Assembly: GCF_001194135.2 (NCBI RefSeq)
Contig: NC_069005.1
Span: 5,733,748-5,797,747 of the forward strand
Direction: 5' to 3'
Length of the DNA stretch: 64,000 bases
Source of the DNA: Octopus bimaculoides
Lineage: Eukaryota
Numbering within the stretch: the first letter of the stretch is position 1; each line of letters opens with the position of its first letter. The position numbers and the translations under genes were made by a program. Of this stretch, positions 13,828 through 27,480 are shown one piece after another. Under the pieces are notes generated by a model, which worked only from the letters and a program-made list of their open reading frames with translations, had not been told where the DNA came from and did no database searches.

Positions 13828-13866
13828 TGCACTCAACCTGCTTGAAATAAAATCTCATGGGATATT

Positions 13867-14277
13867 TTAACCCTTGAACTCCTTAGCAGTCAGATTACTC
13901 TGGCAAATGTAACATTTATTTGCATTGTTTTGAATTAATCATGCATTATCTCATAGCTTCAAGATCTCAACAATGTGATTGTATATTTCTAGAATGACAT
14001 GGTTAAGTAGGTGTTGAGAGGTTGGATCTGGCCAGTCTGAATTGAAAACAGAATATTTGGGCCGGATATGGCCAGCTTAAATGCTAAAGGGTTAAGCATT
14101 TAAACCATATCCAACCCTAATATTTCAGTGGTTATATGTTCAAACCAGCCAAATCTGACCTCTCACACCTAACCTACAATCTGTTTCTAACAATGAAGTC
14201 ACATCATCAAAATCTTAAACCATGTGAGTAAAGAAGCAATATATTTGACACAGTAATCTGAATGCTAAAAGGGTTAA
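13867..14277. mobile_element. Two family B MITEs in inverted head-to-head arrangement
   Basis: A reverse copy at 13867-14095 abuts a forward copy at 14096-14277; TTAA at the outer ends and at the junction. Confidence 0.7.
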
Positions 14278-14490
14278 TCCTTAATACACCCAATAAAAGA
14301 CCAGATGAAGAGAGAGATGGGAACACGTGTTCCAAGGTTTGTTAATTTGGGGGCTGACTAGGCTTAAACATCTGCAACGACCAGAAAATGGGATTTCAAT
14401 CTATTCTGACAACCATCTGAATTACCTACTCATTGAATTAGCATGTAAGTGGCAGAGTATTCCACAGGCATCTGTTTGAATTATTAACAT

Positions 14491-14846
14491 AGACGCAGGC
14501 ATGAGTATGTGGTGAGAAGCTTGCTTCCTGATTACATGGTTCTGGGTTCAGTCCCACTGCAAGACATCTAGAACAAATGCCTTCTATGATAGTCTCAGGC
14601 TGACCAAAGCTAGATGGAAAGTGAAAGAAGCCCATGTATATATCTATGTATTTGCGCCCTCATTATCACTTGACAACCAGTGTTGGTGTGTTTACATCCC
14701 CATAACTTACTGGTTCAGCAAAAGAGACCAATAGAATAAGTACCAGGCTTTTAAAAATAAGCACAGGGGCAATCCATTTGACTATAAATTCTTCAAGGCA
14801 GTACCCCAGCATGGCCACAGTCTAATGACTGAAATAAGTAAAAGAT
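14491..14846 (+). mobile_element. tRNA-derived SINE family 1, near full length
   Basis: Head gcaggcatgagtatgtggtgagaag through tail atgactgaaataagtaaaag. Confidence 0.8.
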
Positions 14847-16255
14847 AATCAGGATGAATCAATGTAATATTGTATGACAGTGTTACACTGAATTACAGGT
14901 ACAGTCCATCTGATAGGCTTCCTTATAGTTTCCATCAACCCAAGATAACCTGCAATGGGATCAAATTTCAGGCTTTGTGATTGCAAAGCAGACTTCTTCC
15001 CTATTTGGCCATGCTACACTTCTTAATCAATCACTTCAAATTCTAATATTTAATAACACATTACTCATAACCTAAACGAGAGAATTTGTTGAACAACGTT
15101 TTCTAACAATGAACATTATTATGTTGCCCACTGCCCCTACCATTTTTTTAAATAGGAAATTCAAACAATTATTTTATTTTCTCTCTATAGTCAACATCCA
15201 TCCTGCCATGGCAGACGGAAAATACAGATAAAACAGTCAATAAACCAAAAACGTTTTCAATAATTACAAAGAAAATGTTATCTAAATAATAAAATTGTTT
15301 AATCACAAGTCAACCTTGACTGAACAGCTTCTATGGTCAAATGTGTTTAGACATCAAACATCCTGTCTTGTACATCTAGGACTACATTTGGCCAATATGT
15401 CATCCTGTGTTTTAAAACACAAAGGAATGATTTGGCTGCTATTTCAAGCATAGCAGCCAAATCACTCCCAGATAGTTGTTTTCTTGTTGGCTTGATAATA
15501 TGTCATTTAGCAACTTATCAAACTTGGTAGAGAAGATTTGTGATCAAAGCCACTACAAATGTGACCATCCCATCTTGCTTTCCCTATGTGCAGTGAACTC
15601 AGGACCATATTATTCAATGTGCTTTTTGTCTTTTGTTTCTTGGGGGGGGGGGGTTAAGATGGTAGGATGTGATTTGAAGGAAATTTAGCAGTTCTTTCTA
15701 AAAGATGCTCCGTTGTTCATCAAAAGTCCTATTTGTTCTGATAAAATTGCACCAAATACCTATTAGTGCCCTAATCCATTAGCACTCAGATTACTGTCAA
15801 ATGTAAAGCTTATCTCTTCCCATTGTTTTAAACTAATCATATATTATCTCTTCGCTTCAAAATTTCGATACGATCGTTTTAGAATGACATTGTAAAGTAG
15901 GTGTGAGAGGCTGGACCTGACTGGTTCGAACATGAAACTAGATAGACTATTTGCGCCTGAAACACTTTTGCCAATCCCAACAGCCTTCCACAATAATTAG
16001 TACTGCCTTGTCAGTCCGGCTCCCTTTAAACCCTATAGTGATCTTTTAAGGCTCCCAGTTAACTGTAATCGAAGTGGACAAGTAACCTGAGGTGGTACAG
16101 TTGTGGATTAAGCAAAACAACCCTTTTTCAAAACCTGACATCATCAAGCAGAAAGCACTTCTCAGGCATACCATTCAGGAAGTCCCACTGACCACAGTTT
16201 GTCCTTAACTTAACCAAGGGAATTCCAGTTGCCCTTCTTTGTTTTTTTTTCCCCA

Positions 16256-16451
16256 CTCTTTAGCACTTAAACCAGTCGTATCCAGCCAAAATACTCGACT
16301 TGTTTTATGCTCAAATCGGCCAGATCTGGCCTTTTATACCTACCCTACAACATCAATCTAAAAATAACCAATCACATCATTGAAATCTCAAAGCTGTGCA
16401 GTCAAAACAAAGCATTACATTTGATAGAGTAATGTGAATGCTAAAGGGTTA
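16256..16451 (+). mobile_element. piggyBac-type MITE family B
   Basis: Internal sequence matches 12124-12323; ends GCTAAAGGGTTA. Confidence 0.7.
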
Positions 16452-18144
16452 GAGCTTGATTTAATAGCCAACCAAAGAACTATATCTAGCAGCAGATCAA
16501 AATGCTAGACATAACAGTTACAGCTCTCCCAAACCACATCCTTGGCCCTATGATTTTACATGGACAATTCAATTCAGAACTTAATTTTGGAATTGTAGCA
16601 GCAGATGCTTGTACAAGTTCACAGATGAACCAATGAGGAAGATTCTAGAAATAGCAGGCCTGCTTCCCTCAAAACACAGCCTGCCATCTTAAAAAAGAAG
16701 AACCAGATATGACCCTAGCTACAACCATTTGTGAGAATAAAGATTATAAGGTCACAGTTGGAACACGTAGTTCTGCTCAATCAAGATTGATCAGAGGTTA
16801 AAATAAATCAAAGTTTATTGATAACAATGAACAGAACTTTTTTTTTTAATCAAACAGGTTACCTTTCTGGTTTTACACACAAACTGAAATATGTTTATAC
16901 TAAATTTAAAGGCCCTTAAATAAAACGTCCTTATTTTAAAGTGGAAACCAGCTTTAACATCGAAATGTGAAATTAAAAACACTAATTTTTTTTTTTTTTT
17001 TGAAACCAGTCGTTAGATGATTTACCAGTTAATGAATGTCATACTCTGTTAATTGTTGTCGGGAAGCAGAAACTGCGAGGACAAACACATTAAACAGAAA
17101 ATACATCATAGGTCTTTATAGATAAGGAAGGAGAAATGCTTTAATACATAGGATCTGTTTAACCTTCACAGACTCTCTACATGGTGACTTGATCCGCTAG
17201 AAAAAACAGCCTACTCACACATAATTATCTTACAGAAGACACAAGGTCATCTTAGATAACAGGAGAATGTACAAGAGATTAGATTGGCTTTTGGCCATAG
17301 GTCTTCTTGATCAAGGGTTGAATTGGAGCTAAACAAGTTCCCCTCACTCTATGGCCACCAACACTCAATCGGTTCTGTTCAAGTCAAGTCATTAAAACTG
17401 AGGGCAAGTCATTCAAAAGGATTTAATCACCAAATTATAAACAAACACCATTGTGAAACAAGAGACGACCAAAGAAGGTTGTAATTGTCTTGTTCTAAGT
17501 GAACTCTTTGTCATCACACACACACACACAATGTAATCAAAATCGTTCCAGCCATGACCATCCTGTCTTTTGCATTTCCTGACAGTGTATCTAGAAGGAG
17601 GTGGGATCTTTCCTCGTAAACACAATACGATGCAAGTTGTGGGAAATTCAGCTATTTCTAGCACAAAGATTAATTATTCCTTTAAGGGGTAAAACTGGTT
17701 GCTCTTTCATTTGGACTGAGCAACTGAGAGACTCCTTTACTGGAATGCTTTAGTGGATAACCTACTTATTGCCAAAGTGCTGTACCACACACATCAGACA
17801 CAACATTGTGCAAACAGTTTTATATCCAGATCAAAAAAACAAGCAGCAGCAGAAGATAAACCACAGTTATGCAATTTAAGTGATGCATGTATTATCTAGA
17901 ATGGTAGAATAAGCTGCATAATTCAATCAGTAATCTACATTTATTCTTCACTCACTTCATAGTGTTAAGAGATTGGGTACTTTTACAAGACAGGCAAAGA
18001 GAAGCACTTACATGGTCACTTCACCTGCTACAAATAGCCAAATCTCTCACAAAATCACTCCCATGGGAGAGGGAGGGGCTTAACATAAATATATATGCAT
18101 GCATGTACATATATGTGAATCTACATGTGTCTATATTCGTCATT

Positions 18145-18365
18145 GCTTAACGTCCGTTTTCCATACTGGCATGGTTTGACTGGGGTCTGGGAAGCCAAGA
18201 GGCTGCACCAGGCTCTAGTCTGATCTGGCAAGGTTTCTACAGCTGGATGCCCTTCCTAACGCCAACCACTCCAAGAGTGTAGTGGGTGCTTTTTTTTATG
18301 TGCCACTAGCACAGGGGCCAGGCATCGACCACGATTGGGTGGTGCTTTTTACATGCCACTGGCAC
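18145..18365 (-). mobile_element. RTE-tail-like repeat
   Basis: Reverse complement of the 13490-13827 family. Confidence 0.7.
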
Positions 18366-18376
18366 AATATAAGGCA

Positions 18377-18596
18377 TTAACCCTTTAGCATTCAGATTAC
18401 TGTCAAATGCAATGCTTATTTGTTCATATTGTTTTGAATTAATCATGCCTTTCTCTCTCATAGCTTTGAGATTTCAATGATGTGACTATTTATAGAATGA
18501 CATTGTAGAGGAAGTATGAGAGGTCAGATCAGGCTCGTTTGAACATAAAACAGAATATTTTGGTTGGATACAACTGGTTTAAATCCTCAAGGGTTA
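18377..18596 (-). mobile_element. piggyBac-type MITE family B
   Basis: TTAA-CCCTTTAGCATTCAG...AAGGGTTA. Confidence 0.75.
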
Positions 18597-19239
18597 GAGA
18601 AGTTCACTTAGAAACTACATGGTTTTAGGTTCAATCCCACTGTGCAACACCTTGGGGCAAGTGTCTTCTACGATAGACCCAGGAGGACCAATGCCTTGTG
18701 AGCGAATTTGGTAGATAGAAACTTTGCAGAAGCCTGCCGTATATCATTGATTTCATTTAATATCTAGTTTATCATTTAACGTTGACTTTTTTCCATGCTA
18801 TTTTGGCTTAGATGGGAGGAATCTGAAGCAGGATTTTTACAGCCAAATGCACTTTTTGTCAACTCTAACCTTTTTTTTCAAGTAAAAGATTTCAAAAGCA
18901 TTCAAAATCACAGAATTTGTCAACAGGAAATGTCAACAACCAATTGCAGCCAATGAGATCAACATCCACAGCTTTGTAGTTTTGTAAATATTTACAGACA
19001 AATGTGTATACATATATACACATACAGGGCAAGTTTATTTGTTTCATTTAACCAAATTCACTCACAAGAGCTATAGGAAGCACTTGTCCAAGGTGCCATA
19101 CAGCAAGGCTGAACCCAAAGCTACACAGTTGAAAAGCAAACTTCTTAACCACACAGCTATGTGTTTGTCTTACCACTTGAAGACTGGTGTTGGTTTTCTT
19201 ACATTCCCATTAAAAGTTTGGCAAAAAGAAACAATCCTC

Positions 19240-19298
<59 letters not shown>

Positions 19299-19301
<3 letters not shown>

Positions 19302-19518
19302 TAAGGAGTTACTGAAAAGTTCTTGGCTTTGGGTAAAAGAAAATACAGGAAAATCAGTTAATTATGATTTTATTCAACATCTCAGATTCACACATTTATT
19401 GCAGTGGTCCTTCAGTTTTTCTAAACCCTGTAAAAAAAAAAAAACTTGGAAGATTGGGCCTCCAACCAGGCCTTTCACAATACCCTTAAAGCCAGGAACT
19501 TTTCAGCACTCTCTCATA
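19299..19518. mobile_element. mariner-type MITE
   Basis: Inverted termini ...CTGAAAAGTTCTTGGCTTT and AAAGCCAGGAACTTTTCAG... with TA-rich flanks. Confidence 0.65.
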
Positions 19519-22393
19519 TAGAATCCTACTTTTTTGTAGGATTATGTATGACTAAATTGTCATAACTGTCTAATCCAAACCAGCAATGGAAAAATAAAAC
19601 TTGAATGATGACTATGACTGTTCAGTGTGTCCCTTAAATTAAGGTGGCAGGGTTTATATGTTATTTCTAAGAGTGCAATATGTGATGAAAGGAAAGGCTG
19701 ACAGTATTTCAGTTACGTATATTAGATATACTTACATAAGCTCCAACATACTGATAAGATTTGAAAGGTCAAAAGGCCTCTCAAAAGACATTCACATAGA
19801 ATCAAAATTAATATGGAAACTATGTCAGTAACCAAGACCAACTTTAACTTTGACAAATTAGGAAATACATTGAGCAAACTGCCCTTTCTACCTCAAACTT
19901 CCATTGTAGGAAAACCAAAGCAATACGTTTTTTCAAACCTCATGGGACAATCACATTTCTGTAAAGACAGATCTCTCTCCAGCACCTGCAACTATATTGT
20001 TTGGATTTGGGTTGACTGAGCACAACTATGAATTAAGTCACTGCAATCATGACCATCTTGTCTTTAATCTCTTTTTCCTTTTTGGTTGTGGGAAGAGGGA
20101 AACATAAATAGGCCTACATATTTAATATGTCCTCTTATTTGAGAGAAGTGTGACTTGACTGCTATTTCTAGCAGGTTGAATGACCAGAGGCCATTGGTAG
20201 ACTTTAGGGCAGCTGTTCTCAACTGTGGATCTCAGAGCCACAGGCAGCCCTCAAGCATCCTTCTCCTAGTCCCCCAACAGTCTTCTCTCTATAAATTTTT
20301 CTTTGACTTGTGCTTTACTTTTTTTGGTGCAGCCCCCTAAAAAAAAGTCCAGGTTTTGGATCTGGCCCAGATATCAAAAAAGGTTTAGGGTCTTTTGAAA
20401 CTGCAAAGCCAAGAACTAGTAGACCAAAATTACCCAGTGCCAGTTTAGATAAGATGGCAATTCACACAAGAAATGAGTCAGCACAATTATGACTGCTGAC
20501 CCAAAGCAGCATTTAAATCTTGACCGCTGGACAAACAACCCAACAGAAAGACAAAACTGACTGAAAAAGAGATAATGACGAAACCATTCAGTTCAAGGTT
20601 GAGTAGAGGTGGTGTTGTAAGTGCATCCAGTTGTAAAATACCTGCAAGTCAGACTTGGCAAAAAAATTGGCTCAATCATCCAACCCAGGGTGGTAGCAGC
20701 AACAACAAAAAAAAAAAAGAATACAAAAGAAAACGTGGAAATCAATAAACAAGATACTGATGTCTAATGCAGTATAAACTGCAAATATAACTTTAAACAG
20801 AACACTCCTAAAACAGGAGAGAGAGGGGGGGGCAGGTGGGTGAAAGTTCTGGAAACAGAACTGATTCTTTGACCAAAGAGAGCAATTGTCATTTATTTCA
20901 CTTTTCTTCTAGTTCGTCCTGCCTATAAATAGAAGCTGATTAAAATCATTAAGAAAGCTCTAAATAAATGCCTCCATACACCAAAACTGGTAGACGAACG
21001 AAAATGTCCGTAAACTACTGGATACTTAAAACAAAAAAGACAAGAAGCTGGTGGGCGATTACTGCACTACAAACAAACTGGCTTAATTCCAGATAGTTTT
21101 TTTTTAATTTTTTTTTTTTATCAAGAACATTGACAAACTTCGAAACTACATATCTTAAACGTTTTTTAAAAACCACACACACACACAACCACACACGTAT
21201 ATATATTGTTCATTAGATACAGATTCATTTGTAAAACATTTAAGATGTAACTTAAAAACGATATTCTAAAACAACGAATAATAGAGCTCAGTCAGACAGG
21301 TCTGGCAAACCCAAGCAACAACAAGGTGATCTATATACTGCAAAACAAAGTTCATTGAACCGCCCAGATACGTAACAAAAGGGGGGGGGGAGTTCTAGTT
21401 TTTTTTCTTTCTTTTTTTTCAATTTCTTTTACAGTAGCAGCAAAATAGCTAAAAATACAATCTTCTTAATCATATTTTTACATGTTATATACTAGAATGG
21501 TTCGCTGGATTAGTATTAAAAAAAAAAAAAAAAAACTATCCCGGTCAGTTTTCTTGGATAACCTTAGTGAGCTTTTTGAGGAAAGAGGGAAGGGCATTAA
21601 AATTCCAGGCCCGCCAAATTCCCTAAAATGGTTGCAATACTCTTGGCAAGTATCAAAAGATAAAAAAAAGAAAAAGTTTTCTCAGACCTATTTCTACATC
21701 AAACTAAAAAAAAGGTGCCTAACCTACAATCTTGATAATTTCCCCCAGATTTGCAGCTCTGGGCCCATGAAGAACAAGCCATTGGTTTTTCAACCAACAA
21801 CAACACCAATCTAGACATTATGTATCGCCTACATCAATTGATTGTTTTTCAAGCTTAAACATTATTCGGCTTTGGCTGTTGTTTCTAACAGGTCGACCGA
21901 TCATGTAGAGAGAGAGAGAAAGAGAGAGAGATAGCCAAGTATTGCTTCAATGAACTTAACAGAAGATACCGGTCTTGCTTTAATATCATACCTTTTGTAC
22001 TAGTGCCTATTGAGAAATCCAGACAACCATATCATGCACATATATATTATATACATGCTGTCTGAATAAAACCACAATATACGGTTATTCCCCAATACAT
22101 TTATTTCTATACAAAGCGAAACTTAACCTTTCCTGATGCAAATATGAATGGGAAGAAGGAAGTTGAAGGTATTATTTCAATTAGCTTTAAAGCAATGTTT
22201 TTCTAAACTGACAATTGCTATTATAGAGAGAGAAAGCCGAAGCAGGCAATTGATGAAACTAAGCACTACCAATAGTATATTAATAATAGCAATCAATATA
22301 GAATACTTGGCAGGGACGGAGCCAACCACTGGAAACTTGAGAGACTTTTCCACCAGGTCTTAAGTTTTATTTCGTTTTAGAAACCAACAACAG

Positions 22394-22685
22394 GGCGCAG
22401 GCGGGACTCTGTGGTAAGTTTGCCTCCCTACCACAATGGTTTCAGGTTCAATCCCACTGCATGGCGCTTTGGACAATTATCTGCTACTAATAGCTCCGAG
22501 TTGATCAAAGCTTTGAACGGATTTAGAAGACAGAAACAGAGAGAGAGGGAGAGTGTGTGTGTGTTTTGAGCCCGTAACTTAGCGGTTCGGCAAAAAGAGA
22601 CTCACAGAATAAAGTAATCAGACTTTAAAAAGTCTAAACCTTTCAAGGTGGTTCCCCAGCATGGCCGTAATCAAATGACGAACAT
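22394..22685 (+). mobile_element. tRNA-derived SINE family 1
   Basis: ggcgcagg...tgtggtaag...ttcaatcccactgc head and ccccagcatggccg tail. Confidence 0.75.
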
Positions 22686-23032
22686 GATTTTTAAAAAAAC
22701 CGTATAACAAAGAGAAACAAGCTCACGAGAAAGATAATGGTTGTGCGACGGGTTAGAAATAGCAACCAAATTTCCTTTAAATCATACCAAGCGTCTTTCA
22801 ATGGGGGAAGGCCTAATATAAAACATTGTCAAGATTGAAAAGAATGTAGATTATGAATTGTTGGCGCATGTGTATATAAAGAGAAGAAAACGGGTCGACT
22901 CCAACTGCTTTTCAACTTATGCGGCAAACCGACGAGCAAAACGTGGGTGCTTATTACGTTTACTAAACTGAAAGAAATAGCAGCCAAAAAAACGAAAACC
23001 ACACTAGACAATAATAGTCCCCAGTTACTTAC

Positions 23033-23120
23033 TATATAAGAAGAAAAAATTATTAAAGAAATCATAAAACGAGATGGTAGATATCTCAGACCACAAATAT
23101 GCTCGATCGGGGCCATTGGC
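23033..23120 (-). other. Candidate alternative exon inside UBE2D intron 1
   Basis: gtctttacag|GCCAATGGCC...TATATA|gtaagt; ATG at 23116 gives 28 codons ending in phase 0. No transcript evidence. Confidence 0.35.
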
Positions 23121-25168
23121 CTGTAAAGACCGAAACAAACTAGCGACATATGTAACAATGTTACAACACACTAACCGAACAAAAAGCTTCGTCCGAAATC
23201 ACAAAACAATTGAAACTTACATACACTGAATCCTAGCAACCGCCAGCCTTCTCTTTTCATCATATACTTTTATTTAATATATAGAAACATCTACACATTA
23301 GCTTCAGGATATTAAACCAGCTTATAATCATACTAAACTATCTCCCATGATTTTTATATTTAAATTCTCACTCTCTCCCTTTTATATTTCAATATTTCTC
23401 CGAGAGAAAGACACAACCATCCTTTTCGGTTATAAACTATTTCAAAAAATCATATATAAATAAAACAGATTAAAACAGAAGTATAACATTTCAGGTATAG
23501 AATAATAATAAAAATAATAATAATAATAGATTGTTTAGTGTGTAACATATATTACTTACACACATGCAATCAGCTGATAATGAATCGATCGGGCACAGAT
23601 AAAAGCTAACCCAAAAACAAAACAAAAAAATTAACATGCTTATAATTCTTTTCAAGGTGGAAACAAAAAAAATAAAAATTATTAATTACAGCTTTTCTTT
23701 CCTAATCATCTATTTATCTGGAATACCGCTCCCAACTACCTTTCACCGCCTCGATTTCTTCTACCCACTTCGAATCGTTTAATGTTAGCAGCAGAGAGAG
23801 ACAGACAGACAGACAGAGAAAGAATGGAAGCCAATTCCAGCATCGGAAGAGAAAACCGGGACCCATCCTCACCACTTGTTCGTGTAGTTACGTAAGGAAA
23901 TCTAGAAATGCCATTCACACCAGAACATACACTAACACTGGTGTGTATGTGTGTATAAGAAGCACTCACTCAAAAAATATTCTCACAGTGAAGTCGTCCA
24001 TTCATATTTTTTTTTTTCTTTTCACCACACTCCTATTTCTCTTATGTAGGAACCTCATGATTTACGAGCCAATGACTGTGACTGAAGGATATATATATTA
24101 CATAATGTTAAACTGAAATAATAATACATAATCAAAAAAAGAGGGGATGATCACGGCAGATACGCCTTCTATCGTAAACCGATTGTAGTCTATAACTACA
24201 CACATAAGAGTTTAATAAAAGGACACGTCAAACAATAAGACAGGATGGTCACTGACGGGACGCCTTTGATCACAGGTATATTCCATCAGGGTTAAACAAC
24301 AACTCTATAGTTTGGTCGAGTTAAAATTAAATCTAGTTGCTTTGTACAACTGAGATCGAGCAGGAGGACTACAGGATCCAAGCTAATAAGATCCAGTCGT
24401 TAACATCCGGTATTTTTCGGGGCGCGGAGGACTTACAGAAATTGGGATTTTCCTTATTTAACGACACAGTAGGGTGTGATTCGAGAAATTTCGCTGCAAC
24501 TTCTAGGAGTGACTCCGTGGAGATGGGCATGTGTGTAGTTTGAGATTAATATTTAAAAAAAAAAAAGACAGTAACTGTGAAAACATCATTATCCAAACAT
24601 TTAAACATATCTGGATAAAATAATAAACATTAGCTGTGTGTGTGTGTACACATACATACACAAACACTACACGCAAGCCACTGTGTAGATTCGTGTTTTA
24701 AAAAATTAGTACCCACAATCTTAACAGATTAGATATGACAATGCAGTCCTAGGTACATAAAAATAAGAGATGGCCACGACTAGAATGACTAAGTCCATAG
24801 GTTTGTCCAACAGCTAAACGGTGTAAAAGCCTATACCTCGCAGTTCTATGTGCTAGGAATTGGCCAAATAATGCTTCTCATATATAATGGTTACACCATT
24901 TTTCATAACTGTACACAAGTGTTTAAAGAATACACGAGATGGTCCAGCATAGACCGAGACAGACAATCCTTTCGGTACGACGCCATTCACCCACACGACC
25001 ATCCCCCTCTTGACATAAAGAGGTTAGGTTGAAAAGAAATGGGTGGATGACATTGTCTCCTCATGCTGACACACTAGACCAATACCGAAGGATCGCACTG
25101 GACGTCGATGATCACAGATCATTTACTCTATGAAGCCTGACTGGAGACAAAACCACAATGTGTATGAT

Positions 25169-25213
<45 letters not shown>

Positions 25214-25454
25214 GACTGAACAAAGAGTTTATACTCATGCAAGTTAAAGAATAACCAAATTTTCCTCAAAACATACTGGAATGTTTAAAAAAAAAACAAG
25301 GCAACATTAGACCCTCAACTGAGACAAAAGAGACGGCTGGATGCTTTAAATAGTTGGAACAGCTTTGATCATGGATGTGGGTCAATAAAAAGGTTGAACC
25401 AAACCGAGTTTATACAAGGACCGTGTAAAATGTTAAACCCGAACTCCCTTCTCT

Positions 25455-25815
25455 TGGTTTAAATGAGAAACTACTATGGCTGTAGGCCCCATTGCGCGGC
25501 ACCTTGGGCAAGTGTCTACGGTAAATTTAGAGAAGCCCGTCCTTGTATGTATGTGTGTGTGTGTATATATATATATATGTATATACATATATATATATAT
25601 ATATATATAATATATAGCATTATGTCTGTCCACCACCACCACCACCACTGGACAACCGGTGTTGATTTGTTTACGTCCCATAAATTAGCGGTTCGACAAA
25701 AAAGGAATGACAGAAGAAGCGTCAGGCTTAATAAAAAAAAAGTAATGGGGTCAATTTGTTCGACTACACACTTCAAGGCGACGCCCCAGCATGGCCGTAA
25801 GTCCTATAACTATGA
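25455..25815 (+). mobile_element. tRNA-derived SINE family 1 with internal microsatellites
   Basis: gcggcaccttgggcaagtgtct...gacaaccggtgttg...ccccagcatggccg. Confidence 0.75.
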
Positions 25816-25837
25816 TTGAGGCAATAACACACATAGA

Positions 25838-25910
25838 TAGATAGACAAATAGATAGATAGATAGATAGATAGACAGATAGATAGACAGATAGATAGACAG
25901 ATAGATAGAT
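25838..25910. repeat. (GATA/GACA)n tetranucleotide repeat
   Basis: Seen directly; similar tracts near 28780 and 36545. Confidence 0.9.
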
Positions 25911-26765
25911 ATGCGCCACATTTCTTGATCCTCTGTCACCTTTGTAAGGTTTAGCATGTAGATAGATAGAATGTGAAAAGATAAAAGCTTGCCGGTACAC
26001 AAGGCATACGAGTGAAAACTAGCATGTCTAAAAACCAACAAGGTTCACCTGCAATAATAATAATAACAATAATAATGATACTAATAATAATAATAATGAT
26101 AGTGGTGGTGTATCTGCAGTAAAACACAAATCGACATCTTTTCCCTACTCCTGCCGCTCCTCGTCCATACCACCGTCATCATCGCCCTCCTACCACCGTT
26201 ATGATTATCACCACCACGACCACCACCATTGCCTTCCTCCTCCTACCGCGGTGGCGGTGGTGGTGGTGATGCATAAAGCAGTTGGGGAAAACGATTTCTG
26301 TGTATGTGTACACACATGTCGGAAAGCTATATATATTTTATATATANNNNNNNNNNNNNNNNNNNNNNNNTATATATATATATATATATATATTAGGACG
26401 AACGAATGATAATGGTGTTGGAGAAACATCCATTACACATCAATGGAAGAGGAAAACGTGCTATCAGTGTAGCAATGTTGAGAGAGAGAGAAGGGGAGGC
26501 TGACAGAAAGTGAGAGGAAGGGCAGATCTCCAAGACTGAGGTGTATCAGAATCGGGGTGAGGAGGAGGAAGAGAAGCGAAATGGTGAATGAGGAGGAGGA
26601 GGAAGAGAAGCGAAATGGTGAATGAGAAGGAGGTGGGAGGAGAGGAGACGCTAGTGACTGTCCGTGGAGAGGATTGCAGATCGATAAAACTTAAATAAAG
26701 ACAGGATAGATGATAGATAGATAGATATATAAATAAATATAGGTGCTAGTGTTTGTGGACATGAT

Positions 26766-26810
<45 letters not shown>

Positions 26811-27428
26811 CACATAGAGAACGGGAGAGAGAGAGAGAGAGTGTGAGAGGGGGACATGTTTTATATATAGAGGGAGAGAAAAAATAAAAAGAAAAACTAG
26901 ACGATGATCCTTTTGGGGTTGGTTTTAGCGACGAAGAATTATCAGAAAGAGATTAGAGAGATTATAAAGAAACAAAATAACTGGGACCATGACGTCATGG
27001 TAAGCGATAGAAGAGCGACACTGACATATCACAGATACAGGATTATATAATATATATCTTCATAGTATCGCCTCGCTATACATTAGCATACATCTATATA
27101 TATATCTATATATACATATGTGTGTGTGTGTGTGTGTATAAGAAAAAGTATGATACACACAAGATGAGAAAAGCCGGTCGGTTACAACGAAGAAAAGGTT
27201 TGCAACGTCAGAGCTCAGCATGCACCACAAACCGAGATACAAACAGAAGGTTCTGTTTCCAGGATGAATCCCGGCACAACGTTTCATAATTTTTTTTTTT
27301 TTTTAAATGAGCGGATAAAATTAACAAAGGCAATTTATATTTTACAAACTATACACCCCTGGGATATAATTTATATATACATATATATCAATACACTCAG
27401 CATAGATTACAATATATACATAAAACGG

Positions 27429-27480
<52 letters not shown>

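Noticed and set aside
22829-23158. 109-aa hydrophobic minus-strand ORF
   Set aside because: It reads through splice-like sites into T-rich intron sequence; only the 23033-23120 part is kept as an exon candidate.
23824-23896. Plus-strand ATG...GTTAC|gtaagg mini-exon
   Set aside because: No recognisable product or downstream partner exon; weak evidence.
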